Shown here: one piece after another, positions 38,805 through 49,900 of the stretch | How the letters are laid out: the number at the start of each line of letters is the position of its first letter | How positions within the stretch are numbered: the stretch's first letter is position 1 | Assembly (NCBI GenBank): GCA_973895155.1 | Contig: OZ316898.1 | Coordinates: 9,698,186 to 9,762,185 of the forward strand | From: Marsupella aquatica | Lineage: Eukaryota > Plantae > Marchantiophyta | DNA: 64,000 bases | Direction of reading: 5' to 3' | Notes under the pieces: generated by a model | Database searches by the model: none | What the model saw: only the letters and a program-made list of their open reading frames with translations | What the model was told of the DNA's origin: nothing | Translations under genes and position numbers: made by a program

Positions 38805-41800
38805 ATGACCATTGAAAGTTTTGAAGTTGAGAAGCCGTGGGAGGAGCAAGGGTACGTCGACGTCGAGGATGAAAACATAGACGGCCGTCCTCCGACTTGT
38901 GCTGGGCACTCATATTGCTTATGCCAGCAGCTCACGCAGAGTGGATTCTTGCGCAAGCTGGAACGAGCTGCTAGCATTCATTTCGACTGGTGGGCTTAAA
39001 ATATCTACGATTTGTTTAGCATTTTTATTGTCTGTAATTATTTCTGAATCCGGTTTTAGATAGTGTGGTACCTCTCCTGAAGCTGTAATTTGGTGACAGC
39101 ACCGCCTAATCTTTATTAAGGAAACGACAGTTGGTACTTGTGTGTGGCGAGCTCAAGAAGTTCAATTTAAATGCTTCTCCGAGACGGTTTTTTAATTGAA
39201 TTTTGAAAGATGTGGTGCCATTGTGAGTAACGAAGCTGAAAAATAACATTTGGCCGCGAGAGGGGAGAAAATATTAGTAACATTAGAGGGAGAGTAGAAT
39301 TGCGGTTTTCATGTCAAAGGCATGCTCTGGCGACTGACGAGAGGCCTTTTTCAATGATTTGTTCCGTGTGTGGCACAACTTGTTTCCGTTCAGGCTCACG
39401 TTCTGTAAAGAATTTGTGTACCACACATTTTTTCCATTCTCTCTCCCACTTATGATCCGTTTGGAGGGCGGTACGAATGGCATAATCAACCGTCAGTTTT
39501 GGGGAAGTCGCATGAGTGGCGTACAATGGTTTCTTTCAACATGCTGTGAGTACATTTCTATCTGCAAGTCGCCGTCATAAAACATTTTCCTGTCCTGTGA
39601 CGTTGAATTATCAGATAAAGTAAACTTAGGGCATTCCTGAAATGTTGGAATTGGAATGGCACTAAAAGTCAACCCTCTTGTGAACTCTGATCAGTTGGCG
39701 TTGAACCTATCAGATGGAAACATGAGAGTCATTGACTGGTCCGATTGGTGTTGACTAATCACTGAACACGCGTGTCCTTGCGTTTGTGTCGTGCAGTTTT
39801 TATGTTGAACTGCCTCACTTTTCTCTATGTAAGTCCCGACATCGTCATTGTAGACATCCTCTGGGTTCTGCGCAATATGGTAGGGTGATAACTCTACTGT
39901 AATTCTTCTCTATTTGACAAAGTGCAGCAACTGGTCATGCAGTTTCTGTTAGTCTAGTAGTACTGCTTGTCACGATGGATCCAACTTTTGCTTTTTCTAT
40001 TCGGACTCGCAGTAGTTTGCTCTTTTTCTTGGAAGGAAGCAAGAGTTTTGTTGTTTGGAGTCCTTGACGAGCATATGTAGTAACCTCCTTTATTGATGTT
40101 AAACTCAAAACAGATCCTTGCAACCAAATATGGGTTTATCAACAGGGGAGAGATGCAGGAGATGAGACGACGAGTACTTCCATTGCAAGTTCATATGGAT
40201 CGCACGGTGTGACCGCTCTTCCTATGTGACTTCTAGATTCCTCTGAGTAGAATTCTAGAACTCGTGCATTTGGTTTGATGCTGGTCGTGGACTGCTTTTT
40301 ATCAGAAGCAAGTGGTGCTGACGTTTTGTGTGTTGTACAGCTTGTATTAGCGTGGACAAACCCAATTCCTTTACGAGTCATAAAGAGGGAGCTGCTTCTT
40401 TCTGCTGCCCGTAAAGATCAGATTCGATGCACCGCTACACTACATCTCATTCCAGGAGCCTCAAATAAGACAGTGCAGACGATTATGGACCAACTTTCAT
40501 CAATTTCAGAAAGGGTACGCTACTTTTCAAGAGTTCATGCATGAAACCCCATGACTTCAAGTTCTTTCCTTTTTCCAAATCTGTGTGTACCTTGGATAGA
40601 GCTTCTGAGTACCTTTGCATGTTTTGCTCAGCAAGACCAGCTCGACGACAGCATACCAAGCCCAACTCCTGGGGAAGGATCAGGATGGGGGAGATTTCTG
40701 GATGCAGAATTCGGTTTCAATCAAAACTTCCGTCCTTGTCCAGATTGTATACGACACGGTTGCACCAAGAGCCTATTTGAAGATAGATGGATTGATATAT
40801 CCATCTCCAAAATTTCTTCCGAGCCAGGAATGTTTGTCCCTAAGGAGGCATCTAGTGTAGCAACCCATGAATCAGCTCATGCCTCCCAACGAAGTGATAC
40901 AACAGACGATAAAGCTTGCGTGGCTCTTGACCTTCCAGCTCTGTTGGTAGCAGCGTATATCGTTCAGCGGGCGGGTGACCTATTAAAGTGAGTTCTGAAA
41001 ATGTCCTTTGTGCGATTTTGGCCCTGAAGTTCAGTCTTTGTTCTCTGATAAAGAAATGTTCTGAAGTCTAATACCCTATAGGAAGACTTTGGTCAATTGA
41101 TGTATCCGTGACTTCGTCGAGTCCATCAAACAAACATATCTTGGTTCCCGATAACAACCAATCTAGTTTTTGCTGGCTCTGATTTTCAGGAAGAAGAACT
41201 TTCTGCATCAGATTTTCTCCAGTCCTTGGAGAGTGTATTGGACGTCAGCAGCAGTTGCTTTTGTGCGAAGCATAATACCTTTTGCAACTCGTGCAATAAC
41301 CGGTATGACATTTATGGCCCTGCAGTATGATATCATTTGAGACTATGAATGTCGGTAATTCTAATCTGCTTACAATAGATCTTGTTTCCTGAATATAAGC
41401 ACATTACTCCCTCCAAAACAATTGTGTTTAACTTGTCCTCTGAGTCTTAGGAACTTCTGACCGAAGCCATCATAACTAGCAAATTCTGTCGTTTATTTCC
41501 TTGCATTTATTATTTGTTCAACCACGTCTGTAAGATAGACACAACTCCTTCAAGTCGTTTACTCTCAATATGTATAAAGCAACCATAATAGTAACCTACA
41601 ATAAAGTAGCTCTAAAGGACATTTGTTTTTCTATGTAGGTAAACCTTCAACATTTGGAGGGGGCAAGTGGTACCATTTTGTTATCTCGATCAGCAGTTTT
41701 TGTATCAGCTATTCAGCAATGTGAGTTTAAGTAGTCTGGATGTGTTCAAGAAAATGTTTCCTGGCCTTGTCCTTTGCACTTCTTTATTGTCTTCAAGTGC

Positions 41801-44289
41801 TGTCCAGTTTTGGTGATTGTTCCAACTAGTCTCTGTCAGTAATAATTGGCTTTATTGTGAAAAATTCCCGATCAACAGTGTCAAGAAGGCAATTGACAAA
41901 CTTATTTAGATTCTCGTGTCTTCTGGCAACAATGAAGATTTTGAGTTCGTGAGTTATCTGCTGAACAGGTCAGCGAGTGTCATGTTTATGCTAGCAGGAT
42001 CGGCTGATTTTCGTAGGAAATACTTTACTGCACGGCTGCTGAACACAATGCTAAAGGATGGCTGGTACGGGGACGAGAAACTCCATCCTCAAAAACGCGA
42101 GAAACTAAGGCAGCTGAACCTTCTTCAGCAAAAGTCTGTCTATCATCTGGGACTCACTGTTGACTTCACAGATCCCCGATCTATTGCTGGATGGTGGGCT
42201 GCTAGAGTGTTAGTTCAGGACTTTGGTACGGTGTTCTACATGAGGGTGAAGGTAAGGAGCCCCATTTTCGAGTCTAGGAAGCTATCTTTGTAGCAACTCT
42301 AGGTTTCTGGTCTGTGTGTTTGGTAGAGCATGTCTGGATTTAGTGGAGAATCTTCTTTTCCAAAATATTTTTTCATAGTTTACTACTTCAGTGCATAGTA
42401 AGTCTGCAGGTAAGAAAATGCACTGTGACGAATGGTCAGATGGATCTTTTAAACTAACTTTGAAAAGTTATTGAATGTTGAAATAGCAACTGTGTTAGAT
42501 TTGTAACCGATTTTTTTCCGACCCTGTTGTTCCAGTTCCTGTAGGTATCTTGAAGAGTGAACTTCGGGAAAAAAAAAATCTAGGGGAAAGGTCTGTTTGA
42601 CTAATATCATTTGCTGCTGAGTGGGATTTCTGATGTCCTTTCTCCCTGTGATGCAGCAATATGCCAGTTATTTTGCCATGTACTGTGCTCTGCTCATGGG
42701 TTTTCTGATCGTGGAGCTTTTTGCAACGGGTGCACGTACGAACATATATATCCTGTGAGTACCTCTTGTTTTTAGTTACTCATGGGAACGAGAATATTGG
42801 TGATCCAAGAGTCTAGACAAATTATTGCATGATCCGTTAAACTATTAAAGCAAATCATGTTTCCTTACTGCGCACCCGGACTGTCGGCTCTTCTTATTTG
42901 TCGTGGTCTGTACAGACTCTGTCCACGTAGGGGGAAAATGATACTATGCTAGATTATTCTTTGCTTATGTGACCTGGTTTGGTGGGCTGAGGACATAAGA
43001 GTCATGCGTTTATCCCAAATAGGGGAGCACCGATCTGCCGGCCATTCTGATTTATTAATTTTAATTTTGGTTGAACAGGGCGATTGTCGTTTATGACCTG
43101 TTCGTCTTTGTATTCCTGCTGTGTCTCATGGTCTTCCCCGGTGGAGAGGCAAATGATATGAATCATCAACATGGAGCAACTCTTGTCCGTAAGAAGGTGA
43201 TTTGTTTTAACCCTGCTATCCTTCACCTTCCCCCGAGCAATCCCTCGGCTACTTCTTTTCCCATCCCTTCTCCTTTGTGGTCGCAATGAATATGTATGCC
43301 TCATTGCCAACGCTGGATCGTTATTACGCTCCTGGAAGAAGACACGCTGGCCCGACGTGCTTTCCGAAAAATATAGGCAAGAACAGTGCATTCGGGGCCA
43401 AGATGAAAAACTTATGTGGAGCAGGTACTTGAGGGTCTTTGCCGGTACGAAGGATCTAAAGGTCGAAAATAGCTTGTAGATTCCCGTACTCTAACGGGTG
43501 AGAGAACTCAGGCCAATAGGTCGTTTTGGTCTTTATCATTGATAGCACCTTTAGAAAGGGGAGAATATTCGTACCCAAATTTCTGATTACGTTCTATTTC
43601 GAGCACTACTTCAATGAAAAATGTTTGAAGTATCTAAACCATTCACGTTTTGCAAACCTCAAAGAGGTGTATTTTCGGAATACTTTTATCGAATGCTTTT
43701 GGCTCCAGAAGTTTGGAGGATGAAGTTTGGAGGATGGTTTTCTTTTTCAATCATGCTACTCATAAAGCGACTGAGAGGGTATGTCTGATGGGTGCCTGAC
43801 TAGAATTTGGTTTGAACGACAGATGGTGATATCCAACAAAGTACACTGCACTGTGGAGGATATGCATCCGCGAGATCGAAAAATACTGGCTATATCGCTT
43901 GAAGTGTTGCAGTCTATTTCTCAAGCTGTTTATTGGGAGAATATCACGAATAAGGTACTGGGCTTTCACTCTGCAATGTTGACAGTGGTTGGGGTATCTA
44001 TGCCCTTCATGTGGTAGTTAGACACAACCTGCTTTTTGCATACATCAAAACAGTTACATTAGGCTGAATCATTATGACAGCACAATGCTTAGTTTAGCAA
44101 CTCCTTGTAAGCTCACAGATCGTGACTAGTGTCCCGCTCAAATCGGACCGTGACTGTGTAACATTGGAATTGCAGGTAACTATTCTTGGTATCACTGCTG
44201 GGGGTGAGTTGATCGCACTTTTAGTTGGTTTTGGAAGTGCCGCCATTGGCATTGCAGCTCAACAACTAACTTCCAAAATAAACAATTAA
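38805..44289 (+). CDS. Uncharacterised 660-aa multipass membrane protein, PHTF-like / candidate 7TM ion channel (7TMIC) superfamily
   Basis: 13 exons: 38805-38989, 39394-39545, 39797-39879, 40114-40206, 40341-40514, 40632-40987, 41190-41302, 41639-41720, 41969-42251, 42657-42754, 43079-43196, 43823-43954, 44176-44289. Total 1983 nt, all 12 introns GT-AG, phases consistent, no internal stop. Seven hydrophobic helices plus an N-terminal FVYHTFFPFSLPLMI segment. The gene model is well supported, while the family call is an inference from recalled motifs. Confidence 0.85.
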
Positions 44290-46942
44290 CTTCCAGAATA
44301 TGCCCTCTAAAAACTACCGGCACATTTGTTTTAAGTAGGTGAGATTGATGGTCTCTCTGCTCGTCCATAATTGTGGATCATCCTCGCTGATGTTTGATCC
44401 ATTCGAGCTGTTGTCAATGACAATGGCAGCAAAGTCTGGCATTTGTGTATCGATTGGAAACAAGCTTAAGCAAGTTTGGAAACAGGGGAGCTTCCTATAA
44501 CATGGAAAGACGAGTAGCGAGCACTTAGGATGAGGAATTGGCTGAACCGTTTAGTTTTGAGGAACAAGGGACTCATGTAAAGACAGCGGACTTAGACGTG
44601 AGCTCTCAAATATTTTGTAGGATAGAAAGAAGAACATCTCAACTCAATTAAAAATCGATTGAGCATCAATGAAATCCTTACAATTAGGGGATGGTGAGAT
44701 GCTTCTTCGCAAGAGGTGGTCAACCTGAGCATATATTTGATCGAGTAATGTTGGCGTTTGATGTGCTTGAGCTTGTGTAGTTGCATATTATGGAACCTTT
44801 GTTCAATGCTTTACTTGCAGGAGAACTCAGGGATTCGCCAAATGAGCCATAATCACAAAAGCATCCCTTCAAAGTTTCACTTAATAACCTTTCAATTGTA
44901 ATGGATTGGGATCACTGAGTAACCATTGTCGATTGTGATGACTGTTTACGTGCATACGGTGGGGGATTTTGAATGAGAATGTGTACCCCATGTGTTGCAT
45001 TACTGCCACAGGTGGATGAGAAGATGTTCTACTGCCGTCGTGGATCTGAGTATTATACGTGCCTGGTTATGAAAGACGTCATATCAAGATCACACATTAG
45101 TGACTGGGTATCCTAGTGGACTTGGTGGGAGTCACTGCAATGACATATCAATTTAGAGGGGAGGATGTGTTACGCGAGCACGGCTTTGAAACCCAGGGTT
45201 AAGTAAGGTTTTGAGGTTGCTTTGGCCTCCCAATCGCAAAGTAACCCAACATGTTGCTCTCACAGTTCCATGACGGTCTAAAATTGCATACAGCAAGTTG
45301 ACCACTGGAAGTCTCCTGCTTACAGGATGTTCACAGCTTAGCACAAAAACAGGAACAATCAGAAGCTACTGTGCTGTTCTCTTTGAGCACATGATTAAGA
45401 TTGTGCATTTGGACATCGTCACTCTGTAAATAATATCGCGGATGGTGGATATTGTGAAGGTACTTTACATTCGCATGGTCTACGCATTGCCTCGCAGAAG
45501 GGACAGTATCTGCCTGAATGCCTTGGCACAATTCTTAATTAAGGCAAACGACCTTCTGTTACAAATCACTTGCAAGTTCTTGCTGATCACTCTACCTCGT
45601 GGATCAAAAAATTTGAGAGTATGGTTAAGGTATTTAAAACCTAGCATATGGTGCATTAAAGGCTTCTCCAGTTGGCCACAAGTCAAAGGTATGGTGCACT
45701 GCTGTAAACCTTACAACTGACCCAAAGAGGTGACCAAAAAAGGTTGTCCAACATCTAAGAAACTCTTTCCCCAGGTCCATACTCTACCTACCGATCTATA
45801 AACCTGTACTTACAGAGGATGGCGCAACATGCAACACTTCTTTCGTAGGTTAGAACTCCACCACGAACGATCTATACTTGGTTTTAAAGACCCGACCCAA
45901 GAAGAGCATGACAATCGTAAGCCCGAAGCGGTTCACACGGACGTCTCCCTCGGGGCACTTCCGGCTTAAAAACCGTTACGCCTGCAAAAAACCTACGCTA
46001 AATCCTAACCTCCCAATCGTTTTTCAGACAAGATTCATTGTTCCCCACATATACCGTAGAGTGAGATTTAAGCTTTCGTTATGCACTATATAGCGTTTTT
46101 GATTTGGTCATGCGTTGTGCATTAGTCCAATCCTTCAATTAAGGAAGCGTGGGCAAAGTATCGCCGTGGCAGCTCGCAATTAATAAAGAGCCAAGCCTGC
46201 AAGTAGAGAAGAACAAGAAAACAAGTGGCATTGTTCATTCTTGTCATTTTTGAGTTTTCAAACGGATTAAGAAATCTCCTCCGCTAAGAGTTATCTGCAG
46301 GCCCTTCATGCTAATATGTAAAGTTCAGAGCTGCAGAATCTCCACCGAAGGTAGCCTCCACGGGGAGAAAATGGCACACCAGTAACGTGGTAGTGTGGAT
46401 AGTCCACAATCACGTCATTAGTATGATTGTCTGAGCGTCAGTGGTGGGATCCTATATCCTACACACACCGTCAGGACATTCCACACCAGTATGAGCTCTC
46501 TGGGTCAATTACCTGTTTAATTCAAAAGTTTCAATGGTCCTTACATCCACAAACCCCTTTCCATTAGGAGCTTTTGAGCCACTTACTGTTGAAGGCATGC
46601 CATAATAGCATGAACTTGTCTGAAAAGGTTTCCAGGCTTCCGCTTGTTCAGATGCAATTTGGGTTCTCGCACTCAAATGATTTCCATCTCAAAATCAGTA
46701 TCCCTCCCGGTCTGAACGTAGCAGGGGCATTACGTTTCGGTAGCCCCACATCAAGGTATGAGGCATCCTTCTCAATGTTCAGCCAACTCCGTGGACATCA
46801 ACTTAGGGGGCGTCAAAATGAATCCGGAGGTCTAGTTGGTTGCTTCTCGTGACACCAACCCGTGTTGTACCATTGTAGTGTGAACGCATCTGACCAGGAA
46901 ACTTGACAGCTTGCTGATGCATGAAACATCTCCATACTCAGC

Positions 46943-49900
46943 TTATACATTTGATGACCCTCCCTTTTCCTCCGGTGGCTCACCAGGAAGAGCCTCATAT
47001 TGGCCATTTGTCTGTGCCTGGGAATCGTTGATCTTCTCTGCTGGAACGGGGATGAATTTTACAACCACAGCCACGAGCATACTCACTGCTCCGATGCCCA
47101 CCGTAATCAACCACTGATACTTAGTCAACGGAACCGTGTGAGCGAGCTTGCCCAAGAAAGTGACCATTATCCACTGGAAAACCACTGTAAAAGAAATGAT
47201 AAGCACGAACACCCAGTTGTCGAATGTATGCGCAAACACGTTCACTTTCTCCATTTCACGTGCATTGATTTCATTGAAGACCTGCACAAACACCACAGAT
47301 TGGTCTCAGTTGTAGAGTAGCTCTCTAAAATCACTTCCATTGCCAGGCCTCTCTCTGATTTCCGTGTGAGAAGACCAGGATTACTGTTAAATCCAAATAT
47401 CCAGACACCACAAATTCGTATCTGTTATAAATTTCTCTCTCCAAAATCACTTCCAATGATGAGTCTCTCTATAATTTCCACTCCTGTTGAGAAGACCACT
47501 AGTATGTTCAATTAAAGTTACCCAATTCAGTTATCACTTAAACAATAGCTGACACAAGGAGGTATCCAGATGGGTGCTTACCTGGCAGAAAACGAAGGCA
47601 TTGAATATCATTGTATTCAGCTGATCCTCAGTGTCCAAACCTTGTAGGTCTAGGATGTCGATACCTTTGTACTGTAGTATTCCCAAAACAGTAAGTTGGT
47701 AAATAACCTGTCCAATTATGTTGCGCCACATAATATTGCTGATAAATTTCCCCTTTTTCCCTATTGCCTTCTTCGTCATGAGATCATCATGCGGTGGTTC
47801 TGTGGCCAACGCCAGGGCCCCAAGAGTGTCCATAATCAAGTTGACCCACAATAGTTGGACGGCAGTGAGCGGTGCCTCCCCTGTGACCATAACAAATATT
47901 CAGAGCATAGACTTTGTACTCTGAAGCACTACAAAGCAGGGCGGCATGTAATGTTCTGAGAAAGGCAATGGAAAAACAACCCCTTGCTTCCAGAGACATG
48001 ACGAATAAATTTCACCAACATCATGAAGAGAATCCTTCCATCGTTCTAATTTATGCCAGAAATTATTTGATCGCTCAGACCACATAAACATTTTGCAAAA
48101 GGGATTCAAAGTGAACCGACCAGTGAGACAAGCAGAGGTGAAATTGATGACCAAAGCAACCAGGTTCACAGTCAACTGGAACTGGACAAATTTTTGAATA
48201 TTTGCATAAACAGCACGACCCCATTTGGCGACAACCACAATCGTGCCAAAATTATCGTCCAAGATAATCACGTCAGCACTCTCCTTCGCCACCTGCTCAC
48301 AAGCATCCTCTTGTGAGAACTGTCCCATACTCACTCCCGGAATGTAATTTACGAATGCTCTATTGAGAAGGTCCTAAGGAGTCCTCACGTGCGATCCCAA
48401 TACAGACCAACGAATGCTTGCTTGACAGCCAGTGCAAAAGTTATGGTTTGGCCCGATTCGAGACATGAATATCATTTGTTACTTCCACTTTAGCTGGGCC
48501 AAAATCATCCTCGCAAAGTGCTTGAAACCAAGATGTAATGTATACCTCAGTGCCGGCAATTCCCATCGCCAACCCGATGTCCGCTTCATGCAGTGCAGGG
48601 GCGTCATTTGTTCCATCACCTGTTACTGCAACTACTTCTCCGAGTTTTCGTAGATGTTTCACCAAAGTGAGCTTGTCGGATGGAGAGGATCTTGCCATAA
48701 CCTGGCATCGCCACACAGTCAAACCAACGTAAGTGGGGACAAAACGAAAAGTAAGAAAGAAGTTGCTTAATTTCTTGATAAGCTAAGCTAATGTTTGGGT
48801 AAAATAGCCCACGTTGTACGAAGCACTATCAATAGTTTTGAAAAACGCACGAATTTAGCCAATACCATTCACTTCCGCTCACTAATTAGCTAGTATTTTT
48901 ATTCCACAAGCAGGAGAGTGGATAGTTCATTAACTTCATCAAGACCTGGACGTAGAGTTTTGCCAACCTTCCCTGATATTCACTCGGATAAACTTTGCCC
49001 TTCAGGATTGCTGGTGTTTTGCTCATCCTGTAAAGTTTGAGCCGGACTTCTCTCATTTAATTTAAATTTTTACTCAATCGCTTTCGTGCCTAACTGACCA
49101 CCACAGAAATTCCTTCACTTTCCTCGGGTCCCACCGTTTGGCTCGCCTTAATGGGTCTCGATTACTTTCAACATCCTGATTCTTTCACTTCAATAAGTCT
49201 CGCCCTGTGACTAAGACTTAGGAATGCCATGCACTTGGTCTCAGGGTCCGAATCCGTCAACATGGACTGGTACGCTGGCCAAATTTAATTTAATGTGAGT
49301 TAAGTTTGAATCACAGAGATAGGTGAAGGTTGTCTGACTTGGAATGGCATAAGCGGTCCGGAAGGCAATATTGATTATTCAAGGACGTGTCCCCAAAATA
49401 ATGTCTTTCACACGGTATGACCAGGTTGAGTAATGCTGACAGTAACACTCCATCTAGTTTTAAGGGAGGCCAGACAATTAGAGAAGCTTTCGCTCGGCGT
49501 CGCTGATAGTAGTACAGTACACGTGACGTTACCTGTATGTTTGGAATTCTCTTGCACATTTCCTCCTCGCTCCATCTCCGAAAATCTGGCCCTTCTACAG
49601 CTTCACCATCTTCCGTAAGAATCCCGCATTCCCGTGCAATAGCTCTGGCCGTATCAACGTTGTCTCCGGTGACCATTCTCACCTTGATTCCTGCTGAGAA
49701 ACAAAGCTTGACGGCCTCAGGCACACCTGCGCGGACGGGATCTTTGATGCCCACAATAGCCAGGCACACGAGATGGCTCTCGGGAACCTCTTGGCAGTGA
49801 TCCTGGTGCACATCAACATATGCCAAACAGAGCGTTCTAAGAGCTTGGTCGGCGAATTCGCATATGGTTGCCTTCAGGTGTTTCTGTTTCTCCTCGGTCA

